A stretch of DNA of 64,000 nucleotides from Priapulus caudatus. Taxonomy: Eukaryota. Each line of letters starts with the position of its first letter. Positions within the stretch are counted from its first letter, which is position 1. The stretch lies in assembly GCF_000485595.1 (NCBI RefSeq), contig NW_014577085.1, positions 766,844-830,843 on the forward strand. Direction: 5' to 3'. Below, in pieces: positions 43,118 through 54,960 of the stretch. The notes beneath the pieces were generated by a model. It was given only the letters and a program-made list of their open reading frames with translations. It was not told where the DNA came from and made no database searches. The translations under genes and the position numbers were made by a program.

Positions 43118-44079
43118 ATAAGAATTATAGTATAAATTTAAGATTTCACAAGAAGGTTACTATTGGGTAGTTTTATTATTCAACCTGATCTCAACATGTG
43201 ATTTGCAGACGAAATTAATGAAGTTTGGAATTACATATTCCATTTTACTTGCTGTGCAAGCCTGTGTCATTTAACAATATGCCCCTACTCTACAGAATTT
43301 TGCAATTGAGAATTTACATTCAGTCAACCAATTTATCACATCATCAAAATCATTTAACAGAGGTTTTCTCACATATTTCTAGGCAGAAGTGGTTAATTCT
43401 GACCATTAAATAGACATAAGGGATGCAAATTCTCCTATATGGGAATTTTCAAAAGAAAAGACATTTCTTAAAGGGACATATTTGATTGATATCACCAATA
43501 TATATTGAGCAACCAATCAGTTAGGCCATCTAAGTTTTATTTTTGCAGACTGGAAAAGTAGCTGCCACATTCACTTGACTGCGGAGAATTGCCTGTGTTA
43601 CTATTAGTTACTCACTGTGTTACTGTGTTGTAGACATGTGTACACTACTGGTCTTTAGATAGGCAGCATAATACATGAAATGTGGGTGTGGCTGGTGGGA
43701 GGGTACATATCCTTACAGGCTGTGCTCTTAGCTATCTCCTCAGACATAAAACCTACACATTTTTCCAAGACCACCATACACTTACACCTCCTTACATTTA
43801 ATTTTTAAATTCTGTATTTATTATTAAGCTATTTAAAAATGTTTCCTTTGTGGTACCCTTTCCCGGACTCCAGGAATACCATGTCTCTTCAATAACCCCA
43901 TCCATTTTGTAACCCAGGCGATGACTGTAACAGGTTGAAAGCTTGCGAAAAACAATTTTATGACATGACGATGCGCCGTGATAACATACAATTAGGTTGG
44001 CCGATGTCAAATATATATTCTTCTGTTTAAACACGGTTATTCAATAGTTAAGCATTGTTTATGTTGAATGACCACCTAC

Positions 44080-44188
44080 CCCTCTCAGAGTTTCTCTCTT
44101 TGATACTTTTGTTGCACTGGTATGCTCCGGTAACTTTTCTTGTAGACATAGAAAGCATTTTCCCAATTCCAAACGTCGGACCTGTTCC
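44080..44188 (-). CDS. MGA: MGA-like exon: end of basic region, helix 1 and loop of bHLH (EQVRRLELGKCFLCLQEKLPEHTSATKVSKRETLRG)
   Basis: Acceptor tgtttgttttttcag|G and donor GGG|gtaggt; 109 nt, phase 2 to phase 0. Translation fits the Myc/Max/Mad-type pattern E..RR.EL...F..L...LP......K.SK..TL. Confidence 0.85.
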
Positions 44189-44203
44189 CTGAAAAAACAA
44201 ACA

Positions 44204-44572
44204 CAGTCGGACCTGCCCCCAACCCACTTTTCGACGAGCTCCCTTGAAAAGTGAAGTATTAGGACTACATCGCACTGCAACGGCACATACAATGGCGCCA
44301 TGGCATGCACACTCGAGATTGTGGATTATAGCGAGAAACTCGTGGGTGCGGTCCCCACGAGATTAGTAAAACGTAAAATTTTGCAAAAGTATCACATACG
44401 CTATATATGACGTTACGCGTATATAACTTTTATAGTACAAGTTCTTCATTATGATCTGTTTGTAAACCAAAGCATCAAAATGAGTGCATGTTAAAGGTTT
44501 AAAGATTGCTATAGGTCATGTGCTCGAGTCTGAATGCTCATTGTTTACCTCGCCCTATGGCAGGTCCGACTG
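44204..44572. mobile_element. Intronic MITE, Tc1/mariner-like CAGT termini
   Basis: Perfect 14-bp TIR cagtcggacctgcc / ggcaggtccgactg; TA on the right flank, CA on the left. Confidence 0.7.
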
Positions 44573-44912
44573 TATATAATACGATATAGTGAACAGAAAC
44601 AAAACAACAATGTGATCTTTGAGCTGTCTGCTTCATACAGAATATATATATATTCATAAATGCGACACCCACGTAAAATAAGTCAATGAAGAATACCCTA
44701 ACCACATATCAAAATTACCATTTTAAATATCTTCAAAAAATGTCACTAATATGGACGATGACACAGTTATCGCTTTAGCAAAATGGTTTTACCACAACTT
44801 TTTAGCGCCATCTCTCCTCGTTGGCTCTATAAACTCATCCCCAAATGCCCCCTACCCTAACCCTATATCCACCCTGTAGCCCCCACGGCAGTGGTACTGC
44901 CCACAGTAGGAA

Positions 44913-45375
44913 CATGGTTCATACAGGAGGACTGACACAATTTTCAAGGACATTTTATCAGACATTTTATCGGAATTCATACACAGAACAAAACATACCT
45001 GGATTAATTTAATAACCCCATTCTTAATCACTGCATGTCACCTCTAAAACTTACCTGGATCACATTAATAAACCCTTCTAAACACTGTCACTTCTACAAC
45101 ATACCTTAATTTACTGACTGATTTTACTGACTTACTGTAATTTGTGATCATCATTTAACTGTCTATCATGTCTATAGCTTTTTAAGCTCATTTAACGCAA
45201 TTTTTATCGAGGTTTGCACATTATTGATGGTACAAAATTTCATTTCATTACAGGCAAGGATTCTTTCTAAAAATTCAAGGACTTTTCAAGCACAAAATCA
45301 ACATTTACTAAATTCAAGTACTTTTCAAGGACTCCCCTCAAATTCAAGGATTTTTCAAGGACTGTGCGAACCATG
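44913..45375. mobile_element. Intronic MITE, 5-bp TSD (hAT5-like)
   Basis: TIRs catggttcatacag / ctgtgcgaaccatg; AGGAA on both sides; subterminal ttcaagga repeats. Confidence 0.75.
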
Positions 45376-45565
45376 AGGAACCTACTGCCTTGGATCATTA
45401 TTAGCTTGAATTTGACTGGATACACTATCCACCACACGTGGGTAACCACATAATTGCACACGTACGGCAGTGCATACGCTTCACCCCCCCCTCCCCGCCG
45501 CCACCGCAGCAAGCTCGGCCAAGCTTTCACCGCGTTCGCTTGGGGAAACTCGCCCTGCCACTCAC

Positions 45566-48500
45566 CCGAATGGGCCGCGCGGCGGCGTCGTGTTCCTCGG
45601 CCCGGTTCCGAAGTTCCACCACTCGTAGTCGTGCGACGATGGCCTCCCGCCCGCGTGATCCGTCACTCCTGTCACCACCCGCATGCCATCCACGTCGATT
45701 GCAAAGCCGCCACTGCCGCCACCGCCGCACGCGTCGATTGTCTCCACGTCGATCAATGAGAAGCGATCGTCGCACGCGCCGTTCGTCTCAACGTTGACCA
45801 AGACGTCGCCGCCATCCGTCACGCTCGGCGAATCCGATGCCCGACTTCGCGATGTGCCGATCGAACTTGTCTGTGACACGACGACGCTTGACGCCTGCGA
45901 AGCCCCGTCGTCATCGTCGTCGGTGGCAACGGGCGTACCGGCGGCGGCGTCGAACGTTCCCACGGCAGCGTCGGCGTGTGTTCCCACGGCAGCATCGGCG
46001 TGTGTTCCCACGGCAGCATCTGACGTTTCCACGGCAACGTTGGACGGTCCGTCGGCGACAACGGGCGGCGGAGGGACCCTCGCGACGTCGACCGTGAATT
46101 CGTCGATAAGCGCGAGAAAGTTGAGCAGCGACGCGGGTACGCCGCGCGGCGCAGCCTCCGTTTCCATGGCAACGACGCGGTCGAGCAGCGACTGCAGGAC
46201 GAGGCTCACGTCTCCGTGCGGCTGTCCGGCATTGCCCGCCTCTGCCTCCTCCGCCTCCGCCGCTGCTTCGCCGTCGACGCTCGAATCGCCGACAACTTCC
46301 ACGCAAACGACGGTTTTTGCTTCGACCGTCGAGTTGCCGTCGCCTTCGCGGACGCCAGAGTTTGCTTGTTTCTCCTCGTTTGCTTCAGCATTCGTAGATA
46401 TCAGCTGCTCGGCGATAGTTTCTAACGTAGATTCTATGTCGCACGAGTCGTCCAAGTCGTCGATGTTGTCGCAGAATTCTCTCACGGCAGCCAGACACTT
46501 CGAGAAGGCGCTGTCGTTGGCAACGTCGCTAGCGTTGCTGTTATTTTCCGAGAACGAACTGCAGTTATTCTCAACCTCGTTTATTTGAACATCTTCGGTG
46601 GCAACTGCCGGCACTTGCTTCTTAGTCTCCGCGACGCAAACGTCCGAAGACGATGCGGGGTCGTCAGCGGTTTTTCGTCCACAACTTGACGCCAGCGTCA
46701 ACTCGCCGATTTCTCGTTCGCCGGATCGGATTTCTTTCGTTGTGTCTCGAGTCGCTTTCGAGGAGTCTACGTAGCTCTCGCCGGCTGCGTCCAGCACCTC
46801 GGCGATGTGCAAGAGGGTGGGTCGCTCGCCCACGGAGGAAATTCTCCACGCTTCCGAAGGTTTCCTAACGCTGCTGGCCGCGATGTCTCTCGTGGACGCG
46901 ACCATCTGGAAAGCTTTCCACTGCGATTGAGAGCTTAGCGACTTTGGACGAGCCAACGTTCTGGCCTTCTCCTGCAAACTACAATTGGGTGCTACCGTTT
47001 GGCCAGTGTGCAGCAGTGATGCAGAATTGACTCGAGGTATGCTTGGCCTACAGGACATCAACTTTGGTGGCAGACAATATCTCGTATTGTGCTTACTGCC
47101 CGGTGCAACCATCACGTCCCGCCACGGCCCGACGTACCTGAGTGGTGGGCATGGACGCATGACCATCGGTGGTGGTGCACAACGATTCGGAAAAGGCGGC
47201 CTATTTACTGCCCCAAACGGAATCAGAAACGGGGGCATGTTTGCCGAGTTTCCGGCATAGATGAAAAGCGGTGACTTTTGTCGTGGGTTACGAGACGATG
47301 CCACAGGCCCCTGGGACGAAGGTAGGGTGTGCGGTATTACTAGGGGCCACAACTGTTCCGGTTCTTCGTGATCCGTCTTTGGTGAGGTCCCCACAACCTG
47401 TTGCATTGGTGAGATAGCAGGCGACACCCTCGACATAATCCTAGAGGGGGGCACTGCCGTTCCTTTCCCAGCAGGAACCAGAGGGACGTTGCCATTTTCT
47501 GATGACTTGGTAGCGGAAGCCATTTCCGTTGTATCCTGCGCAGGCGTAGAATCGTTGCTGGCAATGAACTGCAGCTGTGGTTTCTGTCCCAGTTTTATCG
47601 GGGGTGGTAGTCTTCCTCCAGACGCTGCGCCTCCAGGACCAAACAGCATCGATGATGCAGTCAATGGCTGATCTTTCACTGGTGCTATTAAATTCTGAGA
47701 GGACATATCCATCGGAGTCAAGTCCTTTCTCGTTTCTGCACCTGGCCTGATGATCAACGGATGTGAACGTTTGGCTGTACTGCTAGCGGTCACACTCGAG
47801 TCGCATTCTCCATCTTTTGTATTCTTTGATTTGAGTGAACTAGAAGAACGAGGCCTCTTGGGCCGGCATCTCGGAGACTGGTCTGCCTTACTTTCAGCTT
47901 GAGCGCTCTGCTGAAACACTCCCCGGTGCTTAACTTGTGCAGCATCTCGCGAGAAATCCTCGTGTATCGCGTTTGAATTTAATTCAGCGAACAGTTCAAT
48001 GTCGTAATCTCCAGTCCTAACAACGTCCCGAACAGCAGAAACTAGAACATTACTAGCACACGCACCGAGTCTATTGAATGGACTAGTGGCAGATGCAAGC
48101 TGCCGCTGTGAAAGCTGCACCTCGGGGACCTGTGAATGTGGTAGCTCTCGTAGCTTTTGCGAGAAGTCTGTTAATAGAAGTTTAATGTTCATCTTTGATC
48201 CATCACTCTCCGTACGCTTTAGAAGGTGTTCTTGGATACTATCCTGCAGCAGCTGTATGTAATCACGAAGGCAATCAAAATGCCTGACAATAGCATCTGC
48301 AATTGCCATTGCTTCAAGATGAAGGTCAGACTTCTCTACTTCTCTGCTACACTCATTAAACGAATGACACTCGGTAGTGTGTTTTCGAGCTGCATCAGAT
48401 TTGATAGCATTGGAGAGATCATCACTGCCAGGCAATCTCTCTTCACTCTTCTTTTTGGTGGTTTCGAGACAGTGGCTTATTGTGTATTCAGAAGAGACAT

Positions 48501-51500
48501 TATCGTCAACAATTATTAATTCATCACTAGGTTTTATTTCACTTGCGAACACTTTATTCACCAAATCGTAGCAACTGGTTCTTGAGCAACTATCGTCAGG
48601 CAGTCCACAGTCATTATCTCGAGTTGTGACGAGGCACTTTTCAGGTGTCTGAAAATCGCTTTTCAATGGCTTAACGGCAGAAGAGGCCACTGCTGGTCTA
48701 GTAGATGGCTTTCCAGCAAAACAGCTTGCCAGCGGTCTAGATGCCTTACCAGCAGAAGAACTTGTCGCTGGTCTAGACGGCTTACTCGCAGAGTATATCA
48801 TTACTGGTCTAGCTTGCGTACTAGCAGATTGACTCACTACTACAGGTTTAGCTGCAATGGAGACCCTGTTCACAGAAGCACTGCATAGTGCCGATTCAGT
48901 CGGGTTTTCAGCACTAGGTTTAGGTGGTCGAGTCTTGGACCTTGCCAGGTGTTGCAATGGCTCATTGTAATTGATCTCTGCCGATATTTTTTCGAGGAAT
49001 CGCTCGTTGATAACCCGTTTACCGATGTAAGCCATCACGTTGTTTTTCAAACGATCTGGCAATCGAATTTTTCTCCGGCCCACGCGGGGGAGTTGCGGAT
49101 CAGGGTCGGCTCCAGCAGAATCGTCCAGCAAACGTCTTTTCTCGACGTCCTCGAATATATCTCCTCTCGCGCAAACACACTCGAACATGCACTCTACTTT
49201 CCCGCAGTGGGAGCGCGTCCTCCTCCTTCCAGCCTGAATCAAACTGTCGCAGATGCATCCAAACTCGCAGTGAGGGTTCATGTACCCGGTTCCACACTGC
49301 GATATGCCGACCGGTTCGGACGTGTGATCGGGATCGTGGTACACGTCAAGTTCTGGCTGCGGATTAGAGTCCTCGTCGTACTGGTATCCCGGCACTTGTA
49401 GTGTGCGCAGAGCGGACACTGCATCTTTCATTGACACCGTTGGAAATTTCAACTGCAACTTTGGTTTCAGTAACTTTCGCGTAGAAAATGTTGGTGTTGG
49501 ATTGTCACGACATGGCCGATTTTGCTTTGCGTTCGTCTTTTTACCCTGTTCTTCACTCAACAATTCCTCCTTTCTAATAATGTCCATAAGCTCTTTCTTA
49601 GTTTTCGGTTTCCTTTCTTTCTTTTTACATTCAACAGGAGGTTTTCCTGCATCAACGCTCGTGTCTCCTACCCACAAAGGTCCCTCACCAGGTCTTTGCG
49701 CTGTGGCACTTCCTATGCTGTATGACTGCCTCAACTTCTGTAGAAAAGCTACACCTCTTCTAGTAGCTGGCACAGGAGGAAGAGCACTCTTACTTTCCTG
49801 TGCTGTTTCTTGTGCACTCTGCACACTCTCTGTCTTTTTAACTTCTTCAGGCGAATTTTCATCATTCTCACATTCAAGTTTCCTGAAGAGACTGTCTAAT
49901 GTATCCGACATCTTCGTTTTACTGCGGGTACCGTGTATTCTTGACGTACCTGGGGTGCTCTTTTGTGTCTCTTTCTGCAAATAGGCTTCCAATAGAGGAC
50001 TTTCAAATACAGAACCAAACGTATGGGAACCATCTATGTTGGGTTTCTGTTGATCGGAAACGGCATTGCCTTGATCAATCTTTGGTGATTTTAACGTCAG
50101 TCCTTCGTTAGTGCTCTGTGTTTCACCCAGCTTGTCAAGCAGTCTTTTGCTACACTCTTCCATCCTCACTTCCTCCTGGGATGGTTCTTCCGTGCTACGG
50201 TCGATAATATCATCGTCGCTTTTTAATTTCTTCAGCTTAACGATGCATACGGGGCTCAGTGGACCTGCAGGACGTGGAGGCGTCGGGGAGGGTTCATCTA
50301 TAATAGCACTACTGTCAAACGTCTTGCGCTTCCAACCCTTGATTTTAGTGATATCACTCGTTTTCGTCGGCGATATGACTTTGCAACCAACGCCTCCAGT
50401 TGCGACCGCGCCTGCATTGTCCTTTCCGTACAGCAGCCTCCGATATTTTCTCGTCTGGTCCTCTATGCGCCGCACCCGTCGTGCGCTCGCAAGCATGAGG
50501 CACTTGTGCTTCGGTCGCCTGTGAGCTCGCTTGCGCGGCGAGCGCTTCCCAAGGTAGACCTTCATCAAATCCTCGGATTTGAACGAGAGGAAAGTCAGGC
50601 CGTCGATGACGTCGATGTCGGGTCTAGTGACGACGTCCGGCCTCACCTGTGACCCGCACTCAGATGACCTGATCGCAGACGCTTCCACCTGTTTCTCGAT
50701 TGCACGCAGCTCGTCCAACAGCCGCACAATGTCGCCGTCCGCTCCCGCCGTTCTTTGCGTCATCGCCGTTACGTTCTGCAGCTCGTTCGAACCAAGATAC
50801 AACGAAGTTCTCATTTCTAAATACGATCGCAGAGGGCTACTAACGAGGTTAGGATATTTACAAGGTATTCTACCCACCGCCATCGCATCAAGACCCGAAC
50901 TACCCGAGCCGTACCCGGTTTTCACGCCGGAAAACCTATTGCGTAGTACAAGTTCAGTGAGCTTTCTAACTTTCGCGGTACTGCGTCTTTTGGGTTTGCT
51001 TTTGGTCTCGATTGGAAATGGACCATCGAGGCAAGGGGTCTCATTGTCGTTGTTGGCTACGTTTGCATCATGCCGACCAGACTCGATCTGTCCTGCACTG
51101 TCGGATTCACCGCATATGTCCAAGCACATCTTTTCGATTAACTTCAAGTCATTCACCGTCTCATCTGTCTTGTTCTCCTCAGTAGCATTACCCGTTGGCA
51201 GAATGCCAATCAACGTATCAGCCTTAGTGTCGTCCTCAGAGCAAACCGCTTTAGAGAAGGGTTTTGGAAGAAGAGGAACAGGAGATAGGGATGGGGGTTC
51301 TCCATCTTCTACATCTCGCTGACCTAGATCCTTAGGTGAGGTTAATGACACTGCTTGGGTTACAGGAGTAGCAGTTTCTGTTGAGACTGCAGGTGGTTGA
51401 ACACCAAGTTTGTCAAATACTTCCTGTTCGATCTCAGTGCAACTACCTTTACCCACGACACGTGACTGGAGATAGTTTGTGATGTCCCATGGAATACCGC

Positions 51501-51945
51501 CTTCATATCTTCGTATTTGAGCACTGGATGGACTACATACAGCTGATGGTTCTTCAACTCTCGTGCCAGCACTCAAACAAATCGCACAGTCATCAATGCA
51601 TGAACCGTGTTCACTTACAGAACTACCATTAACAGAGCAATTTACGTGTGCACCAACTTTTGTGTCCTTGCACGATGACATGTCTGTAATAATCTCAAAT
51701 ATGTTTCTATGATTTAACATATCAGGGAGGCATTCTTCCTTCTTGCTTGCCTTCTCATCATTCTCTAATCCAGGATGCATTTTAGTACGAATGCCCCTGC
51801 GATCTAATCTAACCACAGCATCAGCATGGAGCTTGATATCATGCAGCTCATTGCCAGCTGTGTAAGTAGTTTTCATAACCGTCTCTAGTAGTCTATTACT
51901 CGATCTCCTCTGCATGGCTCGTGTCTGTGTGACTTTCATTGCTGC
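45566..51945 (-). CDS. MGA: MGA-like (MAX gene-associated / MAX dimerization protein), giant coding exon of ~6.4 kb containing the MGA conserved Cys/His domain
   Basis: 2130-codon open frame. Acceptor ttcattgtttcag|GCAGCAATG at 51946/51945, first ATG at 51939. Donor TTCGG|gtgagt at 45566/45565 (phase 2). Motif C...HCEFGCICDSL...HCGKVECMFECVC at 49171-49296 matches the MGA domain (DUF4801) pattern CxxGCxCxSL...HC...CMFxCxC. Confidence 0.85.
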
Positions 51946-52101
51946 CTGAAACAATGAACATTTTATTAAGATATATGCATTATATTTCTCACGTATACAC
52001 GCTGGCTTTCCATAACCATTTAATACTTTACAGTAAATTGAATTTAACCAGTGAATGCACAGTAAAGTGCCATTTTAACCAGTTAGCCACCTCTCTGTAA
52101 T

Positions 52102-53022
52102 CAGGGCTCAATTTTAACAGTCGTCCGTGACGACTGGATTTTCTCTCGGGCAACTACAAATTGCTTCCGTGGTTGTCCGGTGTCCAACCTCTATAAAAAT
52201 TTTATATTCATAACACGCGCGTTCATTTTACATACGGCCAGGGTTGCACAATATGCTGCAAACGTACATGTCTAGACGCATTGTCTGGCTTGCTTGATAC
52301 AAAGTATAACATCACGTGTTTAACAACACAATGTTTCGTGTTAATTTTCAATTTTTACTCATCTTTGACTTGACACAGTGTTAGTAATGTTAATAATAGG
52401 CGCGTTCACACACAAGAAAAACCGCGCTGCTCAGCCCGCTAATAGCGGAGATAATAGTGAGCTAATTGTGTCGTTGTTCACACAGGCGAATATCTCGCTA
52501 ATCGCCGCGGTGCAAATAAGCGCAGTCAGAAGTGGTCTTTGGAGCACGCTATTTGGAGCGCGATTTAGTGAGCTAATTGCGTTCACACTTGTAAAAAGCT
52601 CAGTTTTTCGAGCGGGCTGCAAAAACCGGGTTTTGCAGCCCGCTAATTCGCGCCAGTGTGAACGCACCTAGTGTTAGTAGTGTTAGTTGACTTAATGTAA
52701 ATGTTATAAAATAAATTTCATGCAACTTTTAATTACTATTATTATACGTCATTGATCCCAGCATCATTTACCACATTACCAATATTTTATTCTCTTCATA
52801 TAATAAGTGAAACAATGCGAATGGCCATGTCTACTGTCACTGCAATACGTACAAAATGTACATGATTAGGCCTTTTGCTTTACAGCACTGAGCATCACGT
52901 GAGCAGAGCGCATGCAGCACATGTTTAAATTAATATCCGGACAACCAAAACTCTTGAAGGACAACCATATGCTACTCTCTTGGTTGTCCTCCGGACAACC
53001 CAAAACCTTAAAATTGAGCACT
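52102..53022. mobile_element. Degenerate CAGGG-type non-autonomous element (host of the nested element at 52399-52668)
   Basis: cagggctcaatttta / taaaattgagcactt ends and ggacaac/gttgtcc subterminal motifs; no clear TSD. Confidence 0.5.
52399..52668. mobile_element. Nested MITE with GG.GCGTTCACAC termini (Harbinger-like)
   Basis: TIRs ggcgcgttcacac / gtgtgaacgcacc; TA flanks; internal repeats of agtgagctaattg and gttcacac. Confidence 0.7.
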
Positions 53023-53714
53023 TTACTTACTGTATAACAAATCGTCTATACCCACACGTACTTGCTACCAGATACCCAATTTAATTGTTATAATTAATTA
53101 TACATCAACGCTACGAAATTTGAACGGCGCCATTAAAACACCCGCGACCGTGCTGCCACCCGGAAAAAGTTGCGCATTTGCCAATTTAGTTTGCACGTTA
53201 CAGACCGGGGGCTAATCACAAAGGTGCAATTATATTTATACCTAAATGCTATTTAACCGAACGATGTTCATTTTAGAACAAATTTATCCATAATATAACT
53301 GAAACTATATGTCGTTTATAAGATATTACAATCCTTTTGCTTTTAAATTAATAAATAAGAAACACCCTCAGTCTGTAGCCCTTGGCTGAGTCGTTTTGCG
53401 CAACTTATCAGATCGTGCGCTTTGAGTGGCGCCACCGTCGTTGTAATCAAACTGTAGTCCTTAGTTTTAAAACATTTTTTAATAATATTTCTAATGGTGA
53501 TTGAACCATGAAACCTTTTATGTAGCGTAATTTTAACCTAAATTAACTGAAAATAACCCTAGAACCTAGAGTAAACGATCCCTTTAAGGTTATGATATAC
53601 TATTGAAAAAACAATAAACCAATGTCTCATTCATTTTGACAGCCAATTTACCCCTATGTTCATATTAGAAATTACCTATTATGCAATTACATCAGCCTAG
53701 TGCTACTATGTAAT

Positions 53715-54021
53715 TGTAACAGAGGTATTCGGGAGCGGCGTGAGTCTACTGGCGAACTAAGGCTAGGCGTAGGTGCAGGAAATGGAATAACGCAAACCAA
53801 CAGAGAAAGACAACAACTACGGTCGTAACGTACCACACAGGCGTTTATTCTCAGACATGATCGAACGTCGAACAAGATACAATCGGTACAATCGAAAGTT
53901 AGAGACGAGGGAGAGGAACAAGAGTTAGTCGGGAGGACAGTCAGGTTCTCTCGAGCTCGGCTTGAGCCTCGGCTTTTAAGCCTGTTAGTAATTGGGATTA
54001 TAAACGCGCAACTTAGTGACA
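53715..54021 (-). mobile_element. Possible solo LTR
   Basis: TGT...ACA ends (tgtaac / gtgaca) and a minus-strand AATAAA near 53843; no matching TSD seen. Confidence 0.4.
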
Positions 54022-54030
54022 AGTTTCTCA

Positions 54031-54960
54031 CGGTGCAACTTCAAGCAGGTGTTTCTCCACCATCGCTTCTTCTCCCTTGTCGCACCTAGGTGTCGAGATC
54101 CAGAGAGACATGATACAAGATTGCGTGGCACAGCTTTGCTGTTGATCCTGAGCGCTGCGCGCAGATGAGACGCGCAGTTCCGCGGGATATGCGCACACGA
54201 CCGCGAGGATGTCCAAGTATGAAGCGCTGTCCGCAGTGGAGACGTGGGTGACTAACTGACACCACTAAATTGGTGAAATGTTCCATGCACCTTAAGAAAT
54301 TCTGAGAAATTCCGAGGTTATCATCACCCAGGTTTTCAGACGGACAAGTCTTAAAAGTGAGGAAATCACGAGCGGTAAATAAAAATTCCCAAGTTACGCC
54401 GCCGTCTTCTTTTGCTGACTCATAGTCGTAGTTCACAGGGCTGCCAACATTAGGTGATCGGTGAAAGTGAGATGCGAGGGAGCGAAGCGACCGAGCGGGG
54501 GGTGGGCGGTAGGGAGCTTTTGCATTTTATAACTTCAATTTGTGCAATTTGGTGCATACTAAAGCGACTGTTTTCAGATATTGTAAATTTTTTTTGGCTG
54601 TGCATGAGATATTTCAGCGTTTTATTCATGAAGAGATATTCATGCGTGAGATATCTCAGCATTTTTTTGCTGTGCGTGAGATATTGTAAGATCAGCGTGA
54701 GAGCGTGAGATTTGGTCAAAATGCGTGAGTCTCACGGTCAATGCGTGAGAGTTGGCAGCCCTGAGTTCATTGGATGAGGCTGTGGACGGTTACGCAATTT
54801 TGACAGTGACGTCATTCCAACCTCTGTCGTGCAGTGTGCTGTTTTGCTGAAATGTTCAATGAATGACGCACTCGTTCACTTCTGACAGTGAGTGAAAATG
54901 CGGAAAATTTCAAAAAATTCATCAACGAAGGCGGGGCTTATTCTGATTGCGAAAATGCAA
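54031..54960 (-). promoter_or_regulatory. Candidate promoter / first (possibly non-coding) exon region of the MGA-like gene
   Basis: Locally CpG-rich island upstream of the giant-exon acceptor, a minus-strand donor-like ACC|gtgaga near 54031, and a CRE palindrome TGACGTCA at ~54807-54814. No transcript evidence. Confidence 0.3.
54436..54763. mobile_element. MITE, CAGGG TIR, 6-bp TSD (hAT6-like)
   Basis: Perfect TIRs cagggctgccaac / gttggcagccctg; AGTTCA at 54430-54435 and 54764-54769; subterminal gcgtgaga repeats. Confidence 0.85.

Noticed and set aside
43798..43925. Possible extra MGA exon after an acceptor-like ttacag near 43925
   Set aside because: It would interrupt the loop-helix 2 junction that already joins in phase, and has no recognisable motif.
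45539..45565. 27-nt GT-AG intron that would remove the in-frame TGA
   Set aside because: Too short for typical metazoan splicing, and the G-run frameshift would remain.
45683..51322. Long plus-strand ORFs (301, 247, 193 aa)
   Set aside because: Antisense to the MGA giant exon, with no independent features.
45435..52902. E-boxes (CACGTG at 45435, TCACGTGA at 52895) as MGA autoregulatory sites
   Set aside because: Hexamers are expected by chance in this CpG-rich window, and one lies in a MITE.
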